Assembly (NCBI GenBank): GCA_002104905.1
Contig: MCFE01000653.1
Location: 1 to 49,607, forward strand
Direction of reading: 5' to 3'
Source of the DNA: Basidiobolus meristosporus CBS 931.73
Lineage: Eukaryota; Fungi; Basidiobolomycota
Length of the DNA: 49,607 nucleotides
The notes under the pieces are model-generated. The model had not been told where the DNA came from and made no database searches. It saw only the letters and a list, made by a program, of their open reading frames with translations. Made by a program: the position numbers and the translations under genes. The number at the start of each line of letters is the position of its first letter. The first letter of the stretch is position 1. Shown here one piece after another: positions 13,301 to 25,299 of the stretch.

Positions 13301-15699
13301 GTTTTTTGCCATATAAGACAATAGGATACACTGGCTGGTTAGATGCAGTTAAAATAGTTATAGAGGGCATTATGACCGCAACAATGCCATGCAATTATCT
13401 TCACAGCAGCAATCAAACCCTGTGAAGTTTTGTAGTTATGTTTGGCTGTAAAATTGGCAAAACACCATCGTGATCCCATCATAAGATTATCAAGAGGGTC
13501 ACTAATTCCAAGCTGCTGATACTATGATGGTCTCCAAATGGGATCCTGATGGCTGATCCAGATTGGATCCACCTACATGACCAAGTTACTTTTCAGAGGG
13601 GAACTGTCTTGAAATCAGTCAAAGTTTGAGCCAAAAAGTGTAGAATGCATATATTGGGGTTAATGCAATGAGAGTAAGAAATACGTACTCTATAATGCCA
13701 AAGTAAAGATGCTGATCAATTCCAGGGATGTGCTGTTTAATGAAAACTGATAACTCCCACAAATTATGACACCAGATGATGACAAATTCTGATCTCAAGT
13801 CCACCAGTTTTAAGGACTGAATAAGAGAAAAACAATGAGACATTTTCACTCCAGAGGACTCTATAACCATGGTTAAGCCTGAATCAATGCCCAGGAATAT
13901 CCCTGAAGTGATTATTTCAGTATCAGAAGCCAGGAGATCTAACTGGACCAGAAATAGCCCAAATTACTCTATCAATGTGGGTACAAAATTAGCCTGTGCC
14001 TATTCTGTCTGTATTGATGAGCTCTACACTGTAAAAGTGGCCCTAAATATGCCCTTAAACAAGGTTTTGCAAATCTGCAATGACTGAGGAGTATCAGGTC
14101 CTGATGGGAAAGCAAATTGGGGACTTAGTCAAATTACCAACCAACCAGAAGTCAACTAGATGCAGATGGGCCATCAAGACACAAAACAAGTCTGATAGCA
14201 CAATGGAAAGATGCAAAGCAAGACTTATGCCCAAACAAAGATCTCCAACAAAAGGACCTGACTATATTTAGACCTTTACACTGATAGCTAAGTTTAATTC
14301 CATCAGATTACTGTTGAATATTGGAGCCAATTATGAGTTTATAAAGATAAATGGATCTAAAAGCCGCATTTTGAATAGAGAGCCCTATGAGGATATGTTT
14401 TGGACCAGCCTGATGGATTTCTTGACCAAGATAACCTCTATTTGGTCTGTAAGCCTAAAAAATCTTTATAAGGACTCAGTCAATCACAAAGAGCCTGGAA
14501 TTGCAAGATATATTGTATTTTGGGATCTTTGAGTATCAAAAGCAGCAGTGCTGATGATAGTATATACTACAAGCCAGATAGAGCAAATCAAGTTCTATTA
14601 GCTCTATATGTGGATAATCTCACATTAACCTCCAGTAACCCAGAAAAGTTGGAAGAGACCAAGTTCAGCCTATCTAGGGAGTTCAAGATGTAAAATCTAG
14701 GAAAACTCAGTCACTACTTGGGGATAAAGTTCTCTGTAGACAGAAGTACCCAGACTATAACCTTAAGCCAATCCAAGTATATCAAGACACACTAATTAAG
14801 TACTATGTCAAAGACAGTATACAGGCCACTACCCTAATGAACTCAAACTTTAGCTTGGTCAAAACTGAACCAAATCAAGAGAGCTTAGTGCCATCTCAAT
14901 GCCCTGACTTTTCTCATCAATTTATGGTAGGCAGTCTGGTGTAAATCATGATTGGAACATGTCCAGATGTCTCATATTCAGTGGGAGCTGTTGGTCAGCA
15001 TAATCAGAACTATAGATCTGATCATATTGCAGCAGTTAAGTGGATTTTTAGATACCTAAAGGAACTGCTAATATCTGACTAAGATACACCTATAAGGATT
15101 CAGAATAAGATCTTGTGGGATCCTCTGATGTTGATTGGGGACAAAACTTAGAAGATCCACCTCAGAATATACCTTTCTTTGCTGCAAAGGGGTAGCTTCA
15201 TAGAACTCAAGAAAGCAACCCACCAGAGCACTTTCTACCACATGGGCAGAGTATATGGCAACCTGTGAAGCATAAAAGAAGCAATGTAGTTAAGGAAGCT
15301 TTTCTGAGTGCATTAACTTTTATGTACTCTCCTAGCACTTCTACAGGCACTTGACCAATTTTGGTTGTAAAAATTTGTAATTGCACCTAAATACCCACCT
15401 AACTTAGTCACTGAGACCATCACCTCTAGATCCTAGAAAATACTGACCAAATTCCTTGCTGGGAATCACTTGGAATATTTTCATCAATATACCAGGTACC
15501 TAGAGCATGAAATTTAGATAAGTTGTCCAAACAACCTCAGACTTGGCATACATGTTTTTGGGACCTCCCTAAACCTATTCTACATGATAGTTATACCAAC
15601 ACCATGCATTCATTAGTCATGAAGTGAAAACCACATAATCTACTTGTTCTCTTAATCATTCCAATATCTCCAAGACCCTATCAACAGTACTAACAGCAT

Positions 15700-18600
15700 C
15701 TTGCTGACCACATAATATTTCTATAACCAAACCTAGCTGCACTTGCCACCTTGTGCAAGCTGAGTCAGGCAAGTTTTTAATGCCTCTAGGCTTGCCTCAG
15801 TCTACTGAACATGGCCAGCAGAATGATAGCATTTGTTAAGAAAGCTCTGTTGAGATATTGGACTATTTGGTATCATTCTGCAGCTAAATATTTACTTTAT
15901 AATTCTGGACTAATCTTGGTCACTGTGAGACTAATTTAAAGCTCTGACTTTGCCACTTTTTTCAGATCTATGATCTTATGATTAATCCCCTATAGTCAGG
16001 ATCAAATTAGCACTAATACTAACTATTATGTACTAACCCTGAAACTGTTACAGAATGCTCCTGAATATTGAGAAACCCTCCTCACTTAGTGTTACAGCTG
16101 TATCACTTCTACAAAAGTATAAACACTGAGCTTCTTTATTAATAAACAACATTTCAACTATTATCACTATTTCTTGATAAGTTCCTTATATCCAAATCAC
16201 TTCTTAAATTGCAACATGCTTACTGATGGATTCTGGGCCTATCTCCCTCACAGGAGTGCCTTGCATGGGCTCAGCAAAGTACTAATATGCAACAAGAAAG
16301 CACCTTTAAAATAATGCAAAGGATACTTTGTGGAGCCAAGTGAGCCCAGTAGTCTATTTACTGGGAAATGATTTGATGTGGTGGCTAGAACAGTATGATG
16401 TTTCCACCAACGTCAGTAATAGGGGCTTTGAGGAAATACTGCTACATCATGCAAGAATCATCCCAGGATACAACTTACCATACAAATGGTGCAAATAGAC
16501 ATCCATCATGTGGCTGGCAACATATGGCCCAGAGACTGTTCAAATACCAGTATGTACTAAGAGTTGCATTGAAATTCACATCAGAAAATGCCACCAATAC
16601 AAGGGGGCTAACATATCAGCATTCCACCACTATTGGAGAAAAGCATTAATCACACTCTGGATATATTCCAGTAATACCATATCTATAGAAGCGCATGCAG
16701 TGCAACAAACTTCATTGATCTATAAAGTACTACACTCCGTATTAACCAAGTGCAAACATTTCCAATATATTCAAAGGCCAACATTATAAATAACAAGCAG
16801 AATGGGCTACCTTGAAGGTATGTATAATTATGCTTTTATCTTGGCACTGGATGGACTCTCATTAAACAAGTACTCTGCCAGCATATCCTGCTGGCCACTG
16901 ATTCTGAGAAACTCCAGTGTGCAGCCAATGATATGATATCAGAGCACAAATCTGCTAGTAGTGTCACAGGTACATGGGCCCAAATCACCATCCAATCTGG
17001 ACAGCTACCTCTATCCATTGCTGGATGAATTTTGTATGCTTTTCAGCAGGATACTGGTAAATCTCCATCATATCAATGCAAACTTTAGTATCCACATTGA
17101 AGATGCCCAGACATGAGCAAGATAGCTGGATTATTTGGGCATCATGGATAATATTGCTGTCAGATATGTGAGATCCAGGGGATTAACTCCATAATTCACA
17201 CAAATAATTACTATTCCAACATCAACACTGAGGCCATCAGCTTCCCACAGAGCGTACACACAGAAGTATGCATGCAATTGCAGCAAAGTTGGCAAGCTAT
17301 AAGTTATTGACCAGAATATGAAAATAATCTAAAACCACAAATAATTTAGATAGAAGGCATTCTTTTGGGCAAAGGCTTTCCACTGGGAGCAACACATTTA
17401 CTCTTCAAGAATATCCCTACACTAATGACCAAGTTGTACATGGGACATATCAAGCTAAATGAGCCCTTCAAGATACCAGAGAAGTTTGAAAGAATTGCCT
17501 TAATATTACAGCTTATCTGCTGACCAAAGCTCATCTTGAAAGTTTAAATTATTATTCATATGCATATGAAACAGTAAAATGAAAGGACCAGATAAGCTGG
17601 AAATATATTTAGTAAAGCAGCCTTCCAAAGCAATTTCTACCAAGAGTACATTGGAAGCATTGGGAGTCATATGTTACATAGTGGGAATATTGTTCCAGAA
17701 ACAAACAGCCAATAACAACTTGGGGTGTTGACAGCATGTGTGTAAGGAGCTTACAACAGGATTTCAGAAGCTATACTACAAGCATAAAGCAGAAAGTATC
17801 TCAGCCACTACTATATCCATTCTTTGCTCCATCTTACTTTATGTGTAGAGAATGTTGTGCCTTGCTTCACCTCTTAGGAGCTTCCTAAGCTGCAGATATG
17901 TTAGGAGATGGGAGGACAAGTCAAGTTGTAGGTACCACAATATCCCAATCCCATCAAGAATATAAACTTCAAGTCAGTCATGAACTTGATGTGCTGTCAC
18001 ATGCAGGACAGCCAGGAAGAGCTGCAAAGTCCTCAGGATACTTGTGCACATGGAGGCACTTATGCCATTGGCATTAAAAAGCTAAGCAGACCCTGGGTGT
18101 GGGTAATCAGTTAAGTAATGTCAGGTTGCATTGGTCACAATAAGCAACTAATTTTCATTAGGACAACTTTATCAAAGTATACCAGGTTTCCCCTGTATAC
18201 AAGCCAACTTGTACATCATTTAATACAGATTTCACACAAACAAGAGCCAAAACATACCAACAAGGGGGACTAGAATCCCTCAGGGAGAAGGAATATATAG
18301 CATAAATACAAGAAGGTTTCTTGCAGATATTCAGTAGGTACTTGTGGCAAACTGTTGGCTCCACAGCAAATGTTTACAAGATATGTATGTGAGCAGTAAT
18401 GCACAGTATAGGGCAATTTTGCAAATATCATACTGAAAAGCTGTAAATATCAGGTAAGTGAAGTATGTCAATTACAGCAGGTGTGTGCATTTGTAGAGGT
18501 TAGTAAGTAGGAAGCCATAGCTTTGCTCATATAAACTCTGTGTGGAATACCCATGGTAGTAGTAGGAAAGCAAGTAAACAGGTGTGATTCCACAGTGGAA

Positions 18601-19059
18601 TATATATATGGGGCAAGGGGAGATAGAAAAAGGAAATACTATTTGGTAAATTGGTATCATAGCACTGTGCAGGACTAGCTGTAGGGCAGCATACTGCCTT
18701 GATAATGCCAACAGAGTCCTCATCAAGGCTATTAGGCATTTGCATGTACCAGCCAATTAGGTTGTGCAAGTCCTGCTGAAATAGTGTCCAAGTACTCTCA
18801 AGTTTATTACATTTTTTGGTAGCAAAATCAGTAAAACACTGTCACAATTCTGACAGCTAATCTATATTGGATCAACCTTTGGGACCTTTTAGCTCCATTT
18901 GGTAGTAAAATCAGCAAAATGCCATCACAATTACACTATAAAATGATGTAGAGGGTCAATAATTTCAAGCTGCTGGCATTATGACAGCCTCATTGTGGGA
19001 ACCTGCAGGCAGATCTGAATTGGGTCCTCCTGCAAGATCAAGTTATTTTTCATAGGGTG
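15700..19059 (+). mobile_element. Second CACTA-like transposase relic with right terminus
   Basis: Colinear with 10650-13600 once the solo LTR 15848-16216 is removed. Ends ...TTTTCATAGGGTG. Confidence 0.75.
15848..16216 (+). repeat. Copia family C solo LTR (369 bp)
   Basis: TGTTGAGATATT...TTGCAACA, homologous to 29769-30137. Flanks AGCTC/TGCTT at a host site reading GGCTT in the 10.76-kb copy. Confidence 0.8.
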
Positions 19060-19064
19060 TCATA

Positions 19065-19745
19065 GTAGAAACACTTATGGAATGGTGAATTTTAATGGAA
19101 TTACTTGTAGATTGTTCAGTTAGGCTTGATGCTGGTGTTGGGTGCAGAAGCTTGTATATTTCAGCACAAGGTATGAATGAGTTATAACAGAAGATTCAGT
19201 GGAAATAAGCCAATACCTATATACAAAAAGTAAGAGCATTGGTTCAGCAAGGAGGTAAAAACTGTGAAAAGAGGGAATAGACCTGTTCCATTGTGCCATT
19301 GATCATAGTGCCAGAAAGTGCTGTATATTTTGCTATTAATTTGATATTTTAGGGTCATATGCATGTCAATTTTATCCCAAATTGGCACTGTATGGCACCA
19401 TCAGGCACTCTGTGGCATGATCAGGCACCATCTGGCATGCTATGGCACTATTGGGCACTATGATCAGCTGGAACAATGGAACAAGTCTAATAACTAATTG
19501 ATATACACAAATGCAGGAGGTATTGAGTGTTTGGAATCAGAGAGTAAGAGAAATGTCAGAGAACCTATCAACAGCCATTTGGGTACTCTTGCAATGAAAG
19601 ATTTCAACTAAATTTATGGTAAAATGTGGTGTGCAACTTAAATATCTTTGCACCATTTCCTCATGGCATCCATACCACTTAGCCACTAGACTAGGGCTTT
19701 TGTTACCCTTTTGATGCAATTGTCACAACTCTTTCTCATACAGGA
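19065..19745 (-). mobile_element. CACTA-like left-end relic, inverted, carrying a MITE
   Basis: Reverse-complement similarity to 8480-8950 (e.g. GGTAAAATGTGGTGTGCAAC vs the reverse complement of 8585-8605). Confidence 0.5.
19279..19488. mobile_element. 210-bp MITE, same family as 10378-10588, opposite orientation
   Basis: AAT|AGACCTGTTCCA...TGGAACAAGTCT|AAT. Confidence 0.85.
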
Positions 19746-19834
19746 AAGGAGCTTCTTGCATTCCTGGTAAAGGTAGATGCTTGGTCCTGATAACTCTTCT
19801 TTCTTGAGTCTTTTTTGGGTGGTTCAGTCAAGCA

Positions 19835-20410
19835 CCCCTTGTTAGGTGCCAAGTATATGGTGATGTAGAGGTACTCCTAGTAGAAGTTCACAACTCTGTT
19901 GTTAGAGTCTTGGAGATACTGCAAGTAATTGGATGAACAAGTAGATTATATGGTTTTCACTTAATCATCTATTGAATATAACTATAGTATTTATACTTTT
20001 ACACAATCTTGGCATAAACAACACATAGAATAGACTTAGAGAGCTGTGAAGAGCATGTGTTCAAATTTTGGGGCTGTTTGAAGAAGTTTGCCAATTTTTC
20101 ATGTTCTGGGTACCTGATATCTGGGTGAAAATATTATAGGTAAATCCCAACAAGAAATTAGGTGAGTATTCTCTAGGGCTTGAGGATAATGATCTGAGCA
20201 ACTGAGTTGGGTGAATAATCAGGTGGAAATGCAAACTCCTAAAACAGTCTCAAGGGGTATGAGGGGTCTGATGAATGCAATAACAAAGTGGTATAGTTGA
20301 CTGATGTCTCTCTCAGTCTGTTACTATTGTAAAAGCTCTCTTTGGTCCAACAGCATTTCTTTACTGCTTGTCAAGAGCTTTTGGCCAAGCTTGTGACAGG
20401 ATCTTGAGAA
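19835..20410 (-). mobile_element. 3' part of a family E' LTR followed by a decayed tRNA-Lys-type PBS, interrupted by an A solo LTR
   Basis: Reverse complement matches 29050-29270. After a 4-nt gap comes TGGCACCTAACAAGGGG (19851-19835), compared with the tRNA-Lys1,2 PBS TGGCGCCCAACGTGGGG. Confidence 0.6.
19897..20246 (-). repeat. Copia family A solo LTR (350 bp)
   Basis: Reverse-complement homolog of 31951-32300, TG...CA. Decayed TSD AACTC/GTCTC. Confidence 0.8.
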
Positions 20411-21237
20411 GGTCATTAGGTAGTCTCTTTGGCGCCCTTATTCTGCTGCCTCTGATAGCATCTGCTATTCTTGAGATGTTTTTTTAGCACACCAATGCTG
20501 GCAAAATATCTGCTTGCACATCCAATTCCAGCAAAGTGTTCACAGAGAAGGTCAAACACATTCTGCTTGGTCTTGTACTCCAGAGAGCCTAATGGCATGT
20601 CAGCCTTAAGGTGATGGTGTGAAATGCTGTTAGAGTCTTGGGGATATGGGAAGTGATTAGGAGAACAAGTAGATTACGCGGTTTTTGCTTAATGACTTAT
20701 TGAATGTAAAAGTAGTATTTATGTTTTACATGGTCTTCGCATTGCAAACATGTAGAGTAGGTTACAGAAGGTCCCAAGAACATATGTGCAAAGTTTGGAG
20801 CTGCCAGGACAACTTTAAGAATTTTCATGTTTTGGGTACCTGGTATTTTAGCATTAATATTAAAGTCCAATAAGGAATTTGGTTAGTATTCCCAAGGATT
20901 GAGAGGTAATGATATAAGGGATTAAGTTAGGTGAATATTTAGGTGGAATTATGACTTTTTACAACACTCACACTCAGCTAAATTTTCACACTGACTAGTC
21001 CTAATTTTGACATAAGATATTCAAACTTATCTCTAGCTAATGGTTTGGTAAGTATGTCTGCTATCATTTCATCTCAAGGACAGTAAGCTAAGCTAACTAG
21101 GCTATTTGCTATAGATTCACATATGAAATGATGTCTATTATACATGTTCTTGGTTCTAGCATGAAAAGATGGATTTCTACCCAATTGTATACATCCTTCA
21201 TTATCTTTAAATTAAGTCATTGGTGTTTTTAGACATA

Positions 21238-21969
21238 AGACTTGTTCAGTTGGATAGTGCCACATTGAGCCATGGGTGCCAAATAATGCCATAGTGTGCC
21301 AGAGAGACCAAGTGAGCCTATACTTGGCCACAGAGTGTGAAACATAGCTCTGCATCTTCATGCAAAGCAGCCCCTGTGTTTCACCTATGATGCAGGAGAA
21401 AAGCCATTTTTTGACATTTTGTTGTAGGTCAATATTGTGTAGGATGTATAACAGCACAAATAGATTGAATATATGCATCTGGTACCCAATACCCATGGCA
21501 CTTTGAAACTAGCTCCTCTGGCTTGTAACATGTCACAAAAATGCATGTCACTATATTGGTCCACTGGTACTGTCTGGCACTGTAAGTGGTTTGTGTTTAT
21601 CTTACTTTAAGGCTAGTAATTAAATATAGTGCCAGATGGTACTAGTGGACCAAGATAGTGCCATGCATTTTTGTGACATGTTACAAGCCACAGGAGCTAG
21701 TTTCAGAGTGCCACAGGTATTGAGTACCAGATGCATATCTTCAATCCTTTTGTGCACCTACACATCCTGCACAACAATGACTTAAAAAAAAGGTCAAAAA
21801 TGGATTATCTCCAACACATTAGGGGAAATACAGGGGCTTCTGTGCATGAAGATGCAGAGCTATGCTGCACACTCTGTGGCCAAGTAGAGGCTCACTTGGC
21901 CTCCCTGGCACACTATGGCATCATTTGGCACTCATGGCTCAATGTGGCATTATCTGATGGAATAAGTCT
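21238..21969. mobile_element. 732-bp foldback MITE (two ~345-bp inverted arms, ~43-bp spacer)
   Basis: ATA|AGACTTGTTC...AATAAGTCT|ATA. Removing it restores the copia RNase H sequence GACATAG(G/A)CCTAAATCTG. Confidence 0.9.
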
Positions 21970-22229
21970 ATAGACCTAAATCTGCAAAAGCTTACTTAGC
22001 CACATTGCTTCTTTTGTAGTTTCACAGGCTGCCATAAACTCTGCCTCTGTGGTGCAAAGTGCAACAGTTGGTTGCCTTCTTGAATTCCATGAAGTTGCTC
22101 CTTCACAGTAAAGAAAGGTGTATCCTGTAGTAGATCTTGTGTCATCCAAAGTTTGTCCCCAATCAGCATCAGAGTATCCCACAAGATCCTGTTCTGAATC
22201 CATATAAGTGTATCTAAAGTAAATATCAG

Positions 22230-22603
22230 TGTGAGTACTAAATGTAGTACCCACTGTTTGCCCAAGAGTTCTCCCCAGAGTCCTACCAAAGTCCCCCAGT
22301 ATCCTCCCTATGATTTCCCCACATGCCCTCCCTCCTATCCCTGCCCTTATCTAGTTAGAACACTTACCATAAGAGGAAGGTGTTCACACCCCTATTTTAA
22401 CATATTGTCTATTATCTAAGGCCCCCCAAGTGATATATATACCTATCCAATTGAACCAAGTAAAAGGACAAGAGGATTTGGACGGAATAAACACAAGTCC
22501 TTACTACCTTGCTACCATCTATTGGTAGCTATTCTGAACCAAGTGGTACTGACTGGACCTACAAGCTCTCCCACTCACAAAATACAGTCAGTTATAACCC
22601 ACA
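22230..22603. repeat. Solo LTR of a further family (G), 374 bp
   Basis: TGTGAG...CCCACA with flanks ATCAG/ATCAA. Removal restores the copia RT/RH junction. Single copy in this window. Confidence 0.65.
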
Positions 22604-25299
22604 ATCAACACCTCCTTTTAGGTATCTTAGAATATGCTTAACTGCTGCAATATGATCAGATCCCTAATTCTGATTTTGCTGACTGACAATTCCTCTGAAT
22701 ATGGGATATCTGGATGAGTTCCAAGCATGATATACATCAGACTGCCAACTGTAGATTGATGATGAAAGTCAGGGATCTTAAATGGCAATAAGCTCTCTAG
22801 ATTTGGTTGAGTTTTGACCAAGTTAAGGTTTGTCTCCATTGGGGCAGCTTTGTACCCTCATTACTGTAGTATTTTGGGCTGTTTCTGGTCCAGTTGGATC
22901 TCCATGCATTTGATACCAGAATCATCACTTCTGGGTCCTCTGCAGTAAAAAATTCTCATTGTTTTGCTTGGATATAATGCTAACAACTGGTGGGCTTGAG
23001 ATCAGATTTTATCTTCATCTAATGTCTTTTTATGTGAGAATTTTGAATATACATCAAATATCATATCCGTGGACTTGATTAGCTTCCTTGCTTTGGTATT
23101 GTAGAGTCTGTCTGCTGTACTCTCATTGCAGTAGCCCAAAAATATGCATTTTACACTTTTGGCTCAGATTTTGACTGACTTCCAGGCAGTTTCTTGGCAT
23201 ATGCTGTACATGCTGGTATCCTTGGATGTTCTGCATGAGGTCTTTATCCATACCATGCTTCAGATAGAATAGAATCACAAAGTGTTCTGCTATAACTCCT
23301 ATTTTTAAGGTACACAGCTGTGGCAACTGATTTTGCCCAAAATTCACAGGATAACATTGATCATGGATCATAGATCTTTCCATATCATTTATTGGCTTGT
23401 TTGCACATTCTGTCACTCCATATTGCTGTGGGAAGTATGGTACAGTAGTCTTTTGCTTTATCCCATGAATTTTCCTGAAGTGGAAGAGGAGTTTTGAGGT
23501 ATATTCTCCACCATTATGAGAGCATATTTTCTTGATTTTTTTGCCAATTTCTCTCTTCACAATAGCTTCAAGCTCCATGAGCATAGACAGGGCAACTTCC
23601 TTTCTCTCCATACTATATACCCACATGTATCTTGTGGAATCTTCAATAAAAGTGAATAAGTACTTCATCCTGCCTCAAGATAAATTTTGCAAGGTTTACT
23701 TGGATAGTTTCTTCTCCCACTGCATCAAGTGTTCTATTGTCACCCATGACAACCTTCTTGATTGGAATTTCTTGGTGTTGGGTAAAAAGTTCTTTTTGGT
23801 GTGTAAAATGTTGACATTCTCTAGAGTCAATGTACCACACCTGAGAATCCTTGTTTACGGCCATATTTAGTGCATATAAGAATAGTCAATCTTTAGTTGT
23901 TGCAGAATTTTCATATTCAGGCTTCTTTTGCTGATTATCTCTCTTTTTAAGTCACTGGTCTGATGTGCCCTTTCCTTTTGCAGTAGTTGCAAAACAGGTT
24001 GCTGTGTCTTATTAGGGTCTTGGGTACCTCCTTTTTTGGTTGTCTTTGCTTGTTAAAGTATTTTCTTCTTCCTTCTTTTTGGTGCTTGATTTTCTTAATT
24101 CTTCATTCAGGAGCCCTCCATACACATCATTTGAGGTCAAGTCTTTAGTTCTGGACTCCAAGGCTGATACAAGGCCCTGCCACTTGTCTGTCAGGCTATT
24201 CAAGATTGTAATTATCACATCCCCATCTGTAGTTGGTATGCCCACAGATTCCACCTTATCCACCAGCAGGGTATTTCTGTTGATCAGATATCTCATTTCT
24301 TCTCCTGGCTGCATCCTTGTAGTAAAATATTTCCGTTTTGGAAACATTTCCTTAGCAGCTGAACATGACGGCAGGTGTCAACCAATGCCTTTCAGGCATT
24401 CTTTGCTGTTTTTGCTCTTCAGCATTAAATTAGCAATTTGTTCTTAACATCAAGGCAAATGCAGTTGAAAGCACTTTGTTCATTCTTCTGGTACTTCAAG
24501 GCTTCCTCTCCCATGTCTTTAGGAGCTCATTTTTCTCCCAGGACAATATCCCAAAGGCCTCTTTCCTGTAGCAGTATCTTCATCTTCACCTTCCACACTT
24601 GGTAGTTCAATCCATCCACCTTTTTAGCAGGGGGATAAGCTCCAGTAATAGCTGTAGTAGATATTGCCAAGAGTGACAACTTGGGGCTCATAACCGGTTT
24701 CAGAGTCTTGGAGATGTTGGAAGTGATTGGGAGAACAAGTAGATTATGAGGTTTTCACTCAGTGAATTATTGAATGTAAAAGTAGTTTTATACTTTTGCA
24801 TTGTCTTGGCATTACAAATATGTAGAATAGGTTAAGTAAGGTCTCAAGGGCATGTGTGCAAAGTTTGGGGCTGTATGGACAACTTTGCAAATTATCATGC
24901 TCTGGGCACCTGGTATGTTGGTGAAAATATTCCAAGTGAATCTCAACAAGGAATTTGGTCAGTATTCCCAAGGATTGCAATGTAGTGTTCCAAGTGAATA
25001 AATTAGGTGTATATTTAGATGGAATTGCAAATTTTTACAACATAAATGACTTCTTGTAGCTTCTTGACATTTGGTCTACTCCTCATCATTGTGATAAATA
25101 ACTTTGCAGATCTTCAATGACTTCTGACGCAAAGGCTTGTTTGCAAGTACCACACTCTGCTGCCCATGCTGTCAGAGGCTTTTTTGCGCACCTTATTTTT
25201 GAGCACTGTTGTTGTGGTGCAAGGACTGTCTGCAATTCTTCTGCTATTACATTTGTTAATGACTAAATATTTGGCAAAGATTCACACAAAATGGACTAT

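Larger units (their letters stand above)
8470..13602 (+). mobile_element. CACTA/CMC (EnSpm-like) DNA transposon relic, ~5.1 kb
   Basis: It splits a copia integrase cleanly. Left end GACCCTATGGGAAAT; the family right end reads CATAGGGTG at 19051-19059 (reverse complement CACCCTATG). Contains transposase motifs. Confidence 0.75.
7165..15686 (+). mobile_element. Decayed copia family A copy (gag C-term, PR, IN | IN, RT, RH, 3' LTR), split by the CACTA-like insertion 8470-13602
   Basis: WYIDSGASQH, WHRRFGH and SDLCGP before the insertion. The integrase resumes at 13603 (GAAATCAGTCAAAGTTTGAGCC). RT/RH remnants run to ~15300; 3' LTR at 15363-15686. Confidence 0.85.
20625..25042 (-). mobile_element. 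Decayed two-LTR copia family A copy with an internal RT deletion and two nested insertions
   Basis: 5' LTR 25042-24696; exact PBS GGTTATGAGCCC at 24695-24684; gag 24012-24347; IN 23123-23668; RH 21976-22254; PPT remnant; 3' LTR 20966-20625. Confidence 0.9.
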
